Shown here: piece after piece, positions 14,583 through 28,110 of the stretch
Position numbering within the stretch: the stretch's first letter is position 1
How the letters are laid out: every line of letters begins with the position of its first letter
Assembly: GCA_012295275.1 (NCBI GenBank)
Contig: CM022665.1
Span: 39,060,001 to 39,124,000 of the forward strand
DNA: 64,000 bases
Source: Chrysomallon squamiferum
Taxonomy: Eukaryota; Animalia; Mollusca
Direction of reading: 5' to 3'
Notes under the pieces: generated by a model
The model's input: only the letters and a program-made list of their open reading frames with translations
Database searches by the model: none
Told to the model about the DNA's origin: nothing
Position numbers and translations under genes: made by a program

Positions 14583-15556
14583 TAAAGTTAAATGAATTAT
14601 TCTTAATGGAACTTATATGTTATTTATTTATTTATATTATTCTATTATTATTATTATTATTTTTAATAATAATATTTCATGTTACTTCTCTATTTGTTTT
14701 AATTAATTTATTTATTTAAGTAATTATTTATTTTAATTCGGTTTATGTGGAATATCCCGAAGCCGAATCTTTTCAATCGTTAAATGTTCCTCAATATCAT
14801 TAATCTTAACGATTATATCGTTATTACACGTAAGTTAATCGAAAAGCGTGCAACAATACTTTCGTGCATTACTTCTTTTTGACTCATTAAAAAAAAAAAA
14901 AAAATTATAGATTTTGTTTGACAATTAATCAGAAAACTTAATAGTACTGAGTTGAGCATTTAAAAAAAAAAAAAAAAAAAAAAAAGTATAGGCATATAGA
15001 ACCATATAAGAATGATATATAAAATATAATATTTATGATCTTTGATATACATTAATTTACTTAAAAAGGAAAAAGGAAAACATATGCTAGTACTTACAAA
15101 TGTAAAAAAAAAAACAAACAAAACAAACGAAAAAACAACAACAAAATCATAATGAAGTGTCCTCTTCTGACAGGTGGTTGCTATATAATCTTTGAAATAA
15201 TTTCATTATAAAATAAAAAATTTCATTGATATTTATTTATATTTCTGAGAATTATATTAGTACACACTGTCTTTTATATTATTACTAATGCAGCACAAAA
15301 ATATAATCGAAATGAAATAAAAAGAAAAAAAGGAAAAAGAGATGAAAGAAATAACTAAATGGCTATTACTGCAAAAATCGGCTAATTTCGTACACTGTCG
15401 GAACATTCTTACTATCTGTATTTGAGAAAACCTGATGCACTATTTTGTTTTGTAGGCATTTTCAATATAAAATTAGTTTTATTTTTAAGAAATCATTTTG
15501 TTTTTCTTTAGTTAAGAACTTTCCTACTAAAATGAGAATACTACTCTGACAGGTAT

Positions 15557-15589
15557 TTCCCATAATCCGTACTACATCTGGTGACGTCA
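15557..15589 (+). promoter_or_regulatory. Putative WDR26 proximal promoter with a full CRE palindrome and a possible ZNF143/Staf-like site
   Basis: TGACGTCA at 15582-15589 and TTCCCATAAT at 15557-15566, 130-240 bp upstream of the first coding sequence. Confidence 0.45.
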
Positions 15590-15797
15590 TTAGCAAAACA
15601 AATTTGGTCACAGGAGACTGGTTCACAGAACTGTATTGTTTGTCGTCTTTGTCCATTATTTTAGTCAATTGGTTTGTATTAATTGAACAATACAAACCAT
15701 AAGAACTTGCAAAGCAATACTGGCATCGTCGTCGGACTCAGAAGACGGTGGAGTTTCGCCCCCACCGCTCAAAAAGCAACGACTCTCTGTCTCGAAT

Positions 15798-18700
15798 ATG
15801 CAGGCAAATCTTAATGGCTGCCAGCAAAATGGGGAAACAAGTGAGGAGATTGAAAACGGTACCCAGCAAAATGGGGCTTGTTCATCAGCCACTAATGGGG
15901 CTGTATCAAGTGATGGTGCTAAAGGGACACCCATTAAAGCCATGTCCAAGACTGACATTGATGTAGTGCGACTGATAGGACAGCATTTGATCGGACTTGG
16001 CTTGAAGTAAGGGTCAATATGTGACAGGTGCTTTCTAATACACGTTGTGATCAGCTGATTTTAACTAAAATGGTGATAATTCAAAGTGGAAAAGATAAAC
16101 TGCCTTTACTGGATTAAAAATGATTTATCATTTATCGTCGTCATTAAATTAACTATGTTTTGCGTTGATTTCTGTGTAATTTTCACTTCATTTAACACTA
16201 GCTTATATTTACACAATGTAGGCTCTAGATCTATTTTTAGAAAGAAAAACGACAACAAAACAAAAAATTCCAAAAAGTAATTTTGTTGGTTTAACATACT
16301 GTTTAGTTTAGTTTAAAGTCATTTTCATTTGTATATAAACTGAAATCTTATTTTGATGATGGTTATTATAGTATTTAATATATTTTTATCTCCAAAAAAA
16401 AAAAAAAAAAAAAAAAAGCCATAAAGAGAGTATGTTAATATTAATACATTTTCCACACTATGGTATTATTTTGAGCATTATATATATCATCAACATATTC
16501 ATAACATTTAATTTAAAATGCTTTTTGTAGAAAATGCTTGTTTACTTTGATATATTTTAAGACTTGCTGCCGTTAACACTTCCCCAGTGTGTAGTTGTGT
16601 ATATATATATATTAATGAATTAATGTAGAGTATGATTATTTCAAAATTTATATTTATATTTTAGGAATATGCCCCAGTATTTCAGTAGACTTTTAAATGT
16701 GTAAATTGATTTCAGTCGAACTGCTGAGCAGCTAATCAAAGAATCTGGATGCACATTAGAACATGAATCGGCAGCCAAATTCCGATCAGATATTCTAGAT
16801 GGTGACTGGGGAAAAGTGAGTAACATCTTGTATATTGTTTAGCAGATTGCATACCACTAAAAATAAACTTCTGTAATCTCTGACATAATCATGTTATTCT
16901 AAAGCTCGCTTGAATATGTAGTAGGTAGTGGCAGACAGTTACAGTTTAGTGCATAATATATCTTTTTTAACTGAGTGTACAAGCAACTTGTAAACTTACA
17001 AATTGCATGGAAATAAAGATTTGATCTTGAATTGTATATTTATTTGATCGAGAGTAACCAGCATTTGAAAAACACAATATTTTAAATTCTCACTTAATAC
17101 TCAGTACAATATATTTGCAAACAATTTATCTGAGTTCTTATAAACTTATTCAAGAATTCATTTAATTTTTTTACAGATCTTTTTTTGTATGTGTTCTGCT
17201 CAGAGAAAGACTTGTATCACTGAAAAGAAAGAAATTTCTTTAACTTTTACTGCTGAAACAGATACACTTGTCTTTTATTTTGTTTAGGAATAAAAAATAT
17301 GCTTTATATTTTAAAATAATTCTAGCAGTTTAGCTTTTGAATTTAAAGGGGTTTTCAAAAGATTTTACCCAGTCAGTCTTGCCACAGGGTAGGTCATGAA
17401 GTTAGCTTCAGTCAGTATGTGAAAATTAGCCTATAGCTTCTATTTTTTGCTTCACTTTTCAGTATTTATTAGAGAAACACATTATTTTGTTTTAATACAA
17501 AAAGAAAGTATTGTCTTGTCCAGCAACAAAACTTGGATGTGGCTGGAGTATGAGTCTGATATGAAGTTGAAGACAGTCACTTAGTAAATGGAGGAAGAAC
17601 TGTCTGAACTTCTGTTAACTGTCTTAATAATAAAATAAATAGTCAAAAACAAGTGCATATGACTCTTCACATGTCAGTTATTTTCAACTTGTGACAAACA
17701 CATCTCAGAAAGTAAGCAAGATATTAGAATAATGTAAACAAAAAAATAAAATAATTTTTAAAATTTTGGCTGCCACTATTTACTGTTAGTAAAATAATTA
17801 AGTCTTAACCTTAGTTTATTATAAGATTGCTTTCCTTAGGTATGATAGTTGCTGTATGTCTTCTTTGACCTGCCTATTATGCTGTTTCAATTTTGTATCA
17901 AAGCTTATGGTGTTCTCTGTCTTTGGAAGGTACATACAAAATGTTCCTTTAGTAAAAACATCCAAATATAATCATTACAGTAGTCTGGTTTTTCTTTTAC
18001 ATTTTGTTATTACATGAAACCATTATAAATGTCAGTATTACAATGTATTGAGATACTGTTAAATATTCATTTATTCATTTTGTTAATGAAGACACAACCT
18101 AAATCATCACATATATCATTTGCCTTTAACCAAATAATATTTAAGGATTTTTTAATCATTATTTAAACTGTCTTTGTTATTTATTTTGTGTTTTTTGTTT
18201 ACTATTTAAGGCCGAAGCTGATTTAGAAGACTTAAAAGATCTTGTTGAATGTCCACAAGATTTGCTGGTAAGTAAATGTTTTAGACAGATATTATTAGAT
18301 AACAAGTCAGTACATTTGCTATTAAATCTTTAAAAATTAATTGAAACAAAAATAATCTGATTTGTGGACTGCATCTGTGACCAATGATTTTGAGGAAAAT
18401 GGATAAAATTTATTGAATTTACATTTACTGTAAATTTGGTACAACCGAAAAATAAATGGTAATTATTTTTAAAATGAATTACTCTTTCTAAGTGTCATTT
18501 AAATTATGGAAAAATGCAGTTTTGTTACTGTAAAAAAGAATGTCCCAGCTGTTATCAGTCATTATTACGTGAATTCCTCTTTTTAAAGAATATCTTTTAA
18601 ATTCACGTTACTTGTCCACACTTGTGAATAAATATCCAAAATAAGGGTATCTAACAAATACTAATCTAGTTTCTCAAAATTTTATTAAATGCTGCATAAA

Positions 18701-21700
18701 GTTTTAATTTTCCTGGATTGGTTGTTATGGATTTGTTTATTTTAGAAAATGAAGTTCTTGCTGCTGGAACAAAAATACCTGGAGTATTTGGAGGACTTCA
18801 GATTGATGGAAGCCTTGAATTGCATCCGACAAGAGTTGACACCTCTGAAATACAACACAGATCGTGTCCACACACTCACATCGTATGTTTAATTTGTTTC
18901 TTTTTTGTTGTTGCTTTTTGTGTTAGAAAAGCTGGGAATAACATTATTTATTACAGCTTCTTTAGAGCAAAGTTTCTGTATATTTCTGTATTTTTCTTAT
19001 GTCTGAATTGTTCTTTTGTTCCTGTCTTTTTAATGTTTGCTTTTTCATTTATTTTTATTTTTTAATTTAACACATGATCTAGGGTTACATTACTTTTCAC
19101 TTGTGTTTTAATCATTTTTTGTCAGTCTTTTTAAATCTTGTTTTCTTCATTGATCTTTGTTTTAGAGTAAAGTAAAGCAAGCTAGTTACAATCTTCTTTT
19201 TTTTCTGTATTTTTCACCTGTTTCTTATTTCATTGAGTCTTGAGGATACATATTTTGTCCTTTTGTGAAAATTGTATATTTTAACTGATTTTTGTTTACA
19301 AAAATTACAATTGATGTCAGTCTTTTTTTTTTATATAGTTTTGATGCCATTACATTAAATAAATAGAAAGCTGTTTTGTTACTTCAGATACATGATGTGC
19401 AGTAATGCTCAGGAACTCCGAGAAGCATCTCACTGGCAGGGCAAAGGGTTGGAATCAAGACAAAAGCTCATAGAAAGATTACAAAGTAAGTTAGATTTAA
19501 TCATAACACTTTTTGTAAAAGGTAGTGTACATTTTTGTGTTATTTTGTTAGGTCAAATGAATTTTCTTGCAATTAATTTTCTTTGGTAGTTTTTATTTCA
19601 ATGCATTCATTCTGTCAGTTTTAATTTATGTTCTTAAAAATGGACAAAACAAACTAATTTGGGTTCATTAGTTATTTTTGTTAATCCAGCCACAGTTCTT
19701 TGATTTTTATTTTTTTTGATTTTTTTGTTACATTTACATACATCTGTCTAAAGTTGTATATAAAAAAAGAGAAGAACCTAAGAAGTTACAGTCACTACAA
19801 CAGGTAGGTTTTTGTTGTGATTTTGAAAATTAATATTCTTTTTTAATATTCTTTTTCTGTAACAGCATTTTTACCTCCAACTGTGATGTTACCCCCACGT
19901 CGTCTGTTAACCCTCTTAGGTCAGGCTGTTGAACTTCAGAAGGACAGGTGCCGATACCATAATACCAAACTTGACATCAACGTAGATGCAGTCTCATTGC
20001 TTCTTGATCATGCTTGTTCAAAGTAAGTTGGATTTAGTTTAACAGAACTGAATCTTTTTACACTCTTATATTTTTTGTCCCAGGCTAATACCAAACTCCA
20101 CCAGTGACTTTCTTCATGAGTTACCCCATGTGTCCCTTTCACTTATTTTTTACTCAATCATATCACATCCTATACATCTGTGCAAGCACACTTTTTAACT
20201 TCTGTAATTTTTGTGGTGTTTAAAATACTTCAAAATCATGGACTTGGACAAAGGTTTTTGGCTTGAGCTGTTTGAAGATAGCCAAAGTGATGATGACCAG
20301 TTTGAAGGATTTACAGTGAAATAATTACTGGAGTGTGAAATTAGGAAACTGAAAAATGAGAAGGGAAAAAGAGGTTAGTGTTAGACTGATTGCTGATATC
20401 AATCCTGGGGATGATCTGTGGTATAATACTTGTGGTGATGCACCAGTTTCTGAGATTGGTAACAACTGTGATGAAGAAGAGGAAAAAGAAATTACGGATC
20501 TGTTCAAAGACACATATAACTGCGAATGGTTCACAGATTTCAGTAAAGTTTGTGTGCCAGAAATGTTAATGATAAAACAAGTGAGTACTAAATCTTTGCT
20601 CATTTTTTTATTTATTTTTTTTGACAAAGAAGTGATCAACAAATGGCAGACAAGACCAACAGATATTTTGAACAATTCATTGCAAAGAAGGGAGGGGTTG
20701 ATTCATTGGCAAAATTTTCAAACTTTCAGCACTGGAAACCAACAGATGTCTCAAGAAAGAATGCTTTTCTTGCCATGCTGCTGGAACACTGACAGTCTGA
20801 TCCATAGTGAGGCCTTCAGATGCATAATGAGCAGGAACACATTTTCAGATCTTCAGTATTTCTACAGGCAGTAGACAGTGAAGACACTGATGCCCTGACA
20901 AATCCACCCCACAAGCTGGAGTCTTTGTTATCTCTCTTGCTGAAAAATGGCAACAGTTTTATTATCCATGTAGAAATGGTTTTCATCTGCAATCCATTGG
21001 AAATCTCAGTTGCAAATGCAAAGGTTATTTGGCAGCAGTTCAACCCCTGCTGCCAAAGCACTAAAAACTGACCATTTCCAACTTGCAATCATACACTGTA
21101 CAGTCTCTGTTTGTTTTTACTTTTTTCATCAGTGTGTTCACATAACTAACTGCATGATTATTTACAGTAAAAGTAAGCATACAAGTTAACTTGTGTTTTT
21201 ATTTTTTGTTTTACTGGACTTCTGTTTTATACTGACTGTTTGTTTTATTGTGAGACTTTCAAAAGTTTTTATGTAAATATACGTAACACCACCATTAACA
21301 ACTACAACAACCACATCAAACAAACACAGCCACTCAGCACACACAAACACAAAGAACTGTTATAATCTCTCTATTCATTTTCTTTTAAACAAGCTCAGAA
21401 AATTTCAAAGTATTTAAGCATAAAATGTATTTTTAGTAATTTTTAAACACACAAAAACAGTTCAATTAGTATTTTTACCTTTTTTATTTATTTTTTTTTC
21501 TGCTGTTATCTTGTTTATATCCCTTGTTTTATTTTATTCATAAAAATGTCTTTGCTTATCTACTCAGTATTTCATATACAGTTCATGATTTGAAATAATT
21601 GTTTGTTTTGCATTTTGTTGATTTATGGAAGTAAATTTTGGCAGTCACTTTTAAACAAAAAAAATAATTTCCAACATAAACACAATTTAGGAAACCAATA

Positions 21701-24700
21701 AAACAAAATATTTTATTAAAACATATGAGCATATAAGTAATGTTCAAATTTTATAATTTTTTCACAGAGATCAGTTTCCATGCCACACAGTTCAGATTCT
21801 CAATGAGCACTGCAATGAAGTGTGGTTTTGTCGCTTCTCACCAGATGGAACAAAACTTGCAACAGGATCAAAAGATTGTTCTATGATAATCTGGGATGTT
21901 GATATGGTAAGTTGTGCATTTGTGTTTTTGATCATTTTTTGCATTCTTTCACTCAGAAAACTTTGTTAGAAAAACATGACACAAAAACACTTTTTAATGT
22001 GCCAGAAGAATAAAAATATCAGTTTTATACTACATATTAACTAATTTTAAAGTTACATAGTTTACATACATGATTTTTATGGATTTTTTTATTTTTTAAA
22101 CTAATATTTGTCAGAAAAGTAATATTTTGTTCAATATATAGTCATTTATTTTATTTTTAAATAATTTCAAAATACATAGGTTTTTAACTTTTTATTATTG
22201 TTATTTATTTATTTTTCAATATTTTTCAATTGTTTCACTCATTAATTATTTTTAAATGATGTATAAATCAGTGGTAGCATAGTGCATAATTAGTTGTATA
22301 ATCAGAATTAATTAATAATGTATTTCAGGAAACTCATGAACTAAAGCATAAAAAAACCTTTGATAATCACTCATATGGAGTGGCATATATTGCATGGAGT
22401 CCAGACAGCAAGTTCATAGTAGCTTGTGGACCAGAAGACTGCTCAGAACTTTGGATATGGAATATAGAGGTAAATGTTTTTTTTTTTTTATTGTATAATG
22501 CAATGGTTCTCAACCTTTTTTTGCTAACGGCACACCTTGGAACACATGAAAAAATAGCGGCATCCCTGGATAAATATATATGAAAAATATTAGAATTTTG
22601 CAAAATAATAACATGGCAAGTCATAGATGGCATAGAACTGTAAACACAGACTAGTCATAGACACACATAGAATAACTCAAACTAAATAAAGAAAAACACA
22701 GCTATGAACTCACTTCATTGCAGTGTTTCGAATTTCATCAGTCAAATAGCTGGCTTCTTTATTCATAATTTCATCAGTGTTTGAGACAGACGCACCCTCA
22801 TTTCTTCTTCTGTTGTACATATTCTCTCATGCTTCTTGTTTTGGATGTTTAATGTCGAGAAGCCAAATTCACATATGTAAGAAGTTGATAATTGTAATAA
22901 AATTGCTAAAGCTCTTTTACATAACTGATATGGGATATTCCTCTTCAACTGAAATCCAAAATGAATCAATGGGCACAGTCGAATGCTTTAATTTTAACTA
23001 TTCCTCGGTCACTAGAAAGGGTGGCCAATTCTTCTTCTTCCTGTAACTCAAGTTGTCTGTTGAAGTGAGAATATTTTCGTTTTTACCTTGTATACTACTG
23101 TTTATTGTATATAGTTCACTAAACATTTCTGTTAGGTATTCCATTTTATACATCCAAATTTCACAGCTATGGTATTCACAGAATTTCTCCTGCTTTTCCT
23201 GCAGAAAAAATTATAGTAATTCCTTGTGCAGTTCATGAACATGATTTAGTATTTTGCCTTTCGACAGCCAGCGAGGTATGCACTATTAACTTAACATGCT
23301 GAACGTCCATCTATTTGCTCAGTTGTTCAAATAAACGTGACTTCAATGGCCTACTTTTTATATAATTGACCAATCCAGTAACTTGATATAACACAAGCTT
23401 TAAATCTTCCTGCGATATTTTTGAAACAAGAACTTCTCAAGAAAGCAATGAGTGAGTACAAATGGGATTTGGATTTTCTTTTTCTACAGAATTTCGCGGC
23501 ACACTGGTTGATAATTATTTGTATCTTTGTATTCTTTAACTCTTTACTTACAGCTGGTGAGCTGCAAAGATGCCATTTACCTCCAGATGGGATGCCTTTA
23601 GTTCATGTTAAATGTAGATCTGTGTCTCCCCTAATAGGAATTCCTGGAATTATGTTCACATAACTTAAGATAATATGAAAGCTATGTATTCATTTTTCTT
23701 GTTGAAAATCCATTTTATTTGGTATGTTCTTTTGGGCCATTACAGTTTTTATCATGGCAACATAAGTGGAGTTTTGAGTTTTGTAGGTACTCAGAAGTGA
23801 TTTTCATTTTGTAAAATACAAGGTTGACTCCTAACTATAATTGTAGATCTTTTTGTCCTGATTTCAGTGATAAAAAAAATGCATAGTTGTCAGTCAAATG
23901 TAAATGGAGCATTTAAAGATTTAAGATTTTTCACTTTTCGGGGTACAAGAAATAAATAAACTGATCAAAACCTTCACAGATTTTGTGCTTATGGCTGTAA
24001 ATCTGTAACTAACATTATGCCAGAAAGTGATGTGTCTAAATAACTTGGATGATTTATTAACCAATTCAGATGATGTATACATGACTGGGTTGTAATCATT
24101 TCATCCAAGATTGTATTTTTATGAGATTAAATCAGTATTTTATAAAAACAACGATCATTTTGCTCACAAACAAAAACCTCAGGATGACCTGGTTGCATAA
24201 AATTGGCTTGATCAGTTGCTTTCTGACTCGGGAGTGAACAGGTTTCAATGGCTGTGATGTGTAAAATGCAAAGTATATATATCATCTTTCTCAGGTTGCT
24301 TTAAGCTTCAGTTCTGTTGTTTTTTAAAAGATGAAAGATTTCTTTAAGAAAGGGGTCTGTTTCTCAGAAATAGTCAAGAAACTCTACATCAAGGTTATCG
24401 ACCATTGTCACATGGCAGTCACTTTGATGTTGGATGTGCATATGAAGATAAGATATTTAACTTTTGGAGGCTGTTTATATAAAAAGCTGACCCTTTGAAC
24501 GTAAAAAGTAGCATATGAACAATATTCCTAAAACACATTTAGAGAAAATTAACGAGATGGTCACTTCCAATTGAGATTAAAACCTTTTTTTAATAATACA
24601 AGGTAATATTCATACAATAAACATTCACAGTTTATTTTTAGATAGGATTTCATATAGAATAAATCAGATGTTCAGAAGTTGGTAAATATACGTCAAAACA

Positions 24701-27407
24701 CTCTGGCAGACCAACACTAGAGGCCCTTTTGACCACCTACTGACTGAGATAATCAGGATGAAAACCATTTAGGTTTCATTATAAGTGATATTGTGGATAG
24801 AGCTGGTGAAACTAACAGTACTGACAAACTGTTAGTTGATTATGATATAAACAGAACAAACTTCAGTGATATATACCTCTTTCCTTTGCTTTGGGTTTTT
24901 TAGTGAACTGACTGGCTTGTGTAATACAAAGAATGAGAAAAAGTTTAAAATTTTTGGAAAACTTTTTAAGCATAAATATATGTGTTCCAGAATGTATTTT
25001 TTTCGTCATATTTTATGATTGTGCAATACTGAAAATTAAAATTGTTATTTTGACACTTCAAGCAGCAGCAAAGAGTTAATATACATTAATGTTGCCAAAA
25101 ATCATTTTGTTTTCCTGGTGTTGTAAACAAAGAATTATTTTGGTTGGCTTTGCAGTAATGAAAAAAGGACATCTTAATTTTGAACAAGCAGTTATACCTA
25201 AGTAAAAATGTGAAAAGTTAAATAGTCATTAATCATTCACGCTTAAAAAATTAGGCCATGGTTTTTATACTTTATATTTCAAAAAATATCTTTTATTTTC
25301 AAAGAAGTAGACAGAAATTATTCTAGATCTTATTTTTCCCCAGACTGGAGAGCTTCATCAAAAAGTCACCCAGTCACCCGAAGATAGTCTAACCTGTGCT
25401 TCATGGCATGCAGACGGAAAGAAGTTTGTTACAGGAGGTCAACGCGGACAGTTCTATATCTGTGTAAGTCAAACAGTAATTTTTGTACAGTGTTGTCATT
25501 GTCAGTGATTTTATAAATAAGTAATGTAGACAAATGCATTTGTTCTAAAAATGTAATCCAGATGGATCGTACTATGGTTAAAGAGAACTAATTTTGTCAT
25601 TTTGCTTACTTCGCAGCTATGTATTTGATATTACAGTTTTTGCAATATTGTTTTTATTATTATTATTACTGGGATTCTAAAAATATTTCCACTTTAGACA
25701 TGCATTGCAGAATGAAGAAACACTTTCTGAAGGAAACTTTGTTGCCAGTTTTGTTTTGTTTTCTGATTATGAAATTACTGTGTTACAGGATATGGATGGA
25801 ACCGTGTTGGACAACTGGGAAGGAGTGAGAGTTCAGTGTCTTGCCTGTCAGAATGACATGAAGACTGTATTGGCAGCTGATGCACACAACAGAATAAGAG
25901 CTTATAACTTTGATGATCTTACCGATTTCCACATGTAAAATATTCATCACATTTGTCTAAACTAACACAACACTTCTAAAGTCTGCCTTTCATGATATGG
26001 AAAATAAAATAATAATTTGGAACATAAAGATTTTTAGAAATTCATTCTGACCATCTAAGGCATATATTTTACTTCTTATTATTTGTATTTCATTCACATT
26101 TAGATATTAAGCACAAATGAAATGTTTTTTCTTTTTGTTCTTTTTATATATTTATATATATATTACAAGAGATGTAGCTGTAGTATGTAGATATGACATG
26201 TTTCCAAGATCATCTGCAAGAAGAAACCTTTTTTCCTTTTCTTTTTCTGTCATGAGCAAAAGCTTTTTTATATCATACTGTCAGTAATAACAATGACAGC
26301 AAAAATGTTTAAGATTGTTGTTTTATGTGGTCGGGTCTTATGTAATACTATAAGCTTGACATGGTAATTTATAGTGAAGTAATAACTTTTTAGTTCTTTG
26401 TGTTAATAAATCTTTAAATGTGAACCTTTACTTACAGACTTCAAGAAGATCAGTCCATCATGTCTTTCACACTAAACGATACTGGCAGATTAGCCTTACT
26501 AAACATAGAAACACGAGTAAGTAGTGCTTATTCAACTGTTACAGTTTTTAAGCTTTATGAATGTAAATAAATCCCAAAATAGAAAAATATTAAGTATTTG
26601 TAGTCCTAAGAAAATATTACATTAAGAAAACTCTAATTTCTTTTTTCAGTTGATTATTTAGAAGCACATTATCTTCTTATGTCATAAATAAACCCAGCAT
26701 TTCAAAGGAATCTATATTTTATCTAATATTTCTGAAAACACTATTTAAATGTTCCTTAAGTTGACAAAAATTATTTGTGTACTCCCTTACAGTGTCATTC
26801 ATATTTTTTGATACAAGAATGAATTCAGCATTGTAAAACTATTTTTTATTTAAAATTGTTTTATTTAATTATTTATTTAATTATTTATTTATTTTTGATA
26901 ACTAATGTCTTTAAAATAAGTTTCTTAAATATATTATTTTTCAGGGTGTCCATTTATGGGATATCAAAGATAGGGTATTAATTCGCAAATTTCAGGGAGT
27001 TACTCAAGGCAACTACAGAATATATTCCTGCTTTGGTGGTCTAAATCAAGATTTTGTTGCTAGTGGAAGTGAAGGTAATTATGATAAATAGTAAAACATT
27101 CCAAGTCACAAAATGAATTTGTTTTAATTTACACAAGGTTTTGATCTGTGATGAAATTTAAATGAAGAAAAAGAATTTTAATTTTTTATTGTAAATCATT
27201 AAGACATAATATAGAACATTTAGAAGCCATATAGCAGAAATAAATTTTTTAAATATGATAGTAATGAAATTTTAAAAAAAGAAGAAAAACTGATAAAAGT
27301 GACATTCATGCATAGACTATGAAAATTTATGTTTTTAGCATTTTCTAGTTTCTTTTTTTTAAATATATAATTTATTTTATACTTGTGTGTGTGTAAATAT
27401 ATATGTG

Positions 27408-27445
<38 letters not shown>

Positions 27446-28110
27446 TTTATTTTATTTTTTAAATAAAGATTACAAAGTTTACATCTGGCACATTAAACGT
27501 GAGAGTCCTATAGCAGTGCTGGAAGGTCACACTCGCACAGTGAATTGTATTCACTGGAATCCTAAAGTGCCTAGCATGCTGGCCAGTGCATCTGATGATG
27601 GGACTGTGAGGATATGGGGGCCTCTAGACAGCAGCAAAATAGGTAATGAGAAAAAAAGTGAACAGCTAGTACTGTTAAAGCAGCTAGAAGTAGAAAAGAA
27701 AAAAAAAAAGTTAAAATAGGAATATTCAGAATTTATCACTGATAAAATACTAACGAATTGCAACAGAATTTTATAATAAATAATGACTACATATACTACT
27801 GGTCTGTCATCACATTTGTTTCATATTAGTTACAGGTTCATAAGCTGATCATCATCATTAAGTTTTATATTAGCAGTCAGAATAATTTATTTATTTTTAT
27901 TCATTATTTGAATAAAAATGTTTTTTTTTATTATTTATTATTTTTTAATTTTAATTTTAATTTTTATTTTTCTCTATGATAATTTTATTTTTTTCCTGTA
28001 ACACCTTAGTCAGCCTCCACCAAAAGGAGTTTATTGTTAAATTGTTCTCTCTTCTTTCTTTCATTCTTGCAGGCAACCTTAGTGAATCTGGTCGGAGTAC
28101 CCCAGTATGA
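15798..28110 (+). CDS. WDR26: WD repeat-containing protein 26 (CTLH/GID complex subunit, Gid7 orthologue); 574 aa from AUG, about 600 aa if initiated at CUG 15720
   Basis: 14 frame-consistent exons: 15798-16006, 16716-16815, 18211-18267, 18746-18882, 19388-19485, 19866-20022, 21768-21906, 22329-22469, 25344-25463, 25789-25934, 26438-26516, 26945-27074, 27469-27642, 28073-28110 (TGA). MQAN start, LisH ([27 protein letters not shown]), CTLH ([16 protein letters not shown]), [15 protein letters not shown]40 repeats ([23 protein letters not shown]; [13 protein letters not shown]...[13 protein letters not shown]). Confidence 0.96.
20440..21070 (+). mobile_element. Degenerate piggyBac (PGBD4-like) transposase relic in WDR26 intron 6
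   Basis: Frame-shifted fragments [10 protein letters not shown] (compare piggyBac 'MSRNRF') and [12 protein letters not shown]...VIWQQFNP (compare 'KLRPLI...FRQYMP'). No intact ORF; boundaries approximate. Confidence 0.6.
22501..23520 (-). mobile_element. Internally deleted hAT (Charlie/Buster-type) DNA transposon in WDR26 intron 8
   Basis: Left TIR CAATGGTTCTCAACC (22501) and degenerate right TIR GGTTGATAATTATTT (23506-23520), each near a CGGCACAC motif. The minus strand encodes the hAT dimerisation segment [23 protein letters not shown] (about 22780-22930) and [10 protein letters not shown] (about 23245-23275). Confidence 0.8.

Noticed and set aside
9310-15500. Hidden gene between the hydrolase and WDR26
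   Set aside because: No coherent exon chain. It looks like 3'UTR (AATAAA near 12323) followed by low-complexity intergenic DNA.
20356-21071. Nested functional gene in WDR26 intron 6
   Set aside because: Frameshifted piggyBac-like fragments with no intact transposase.
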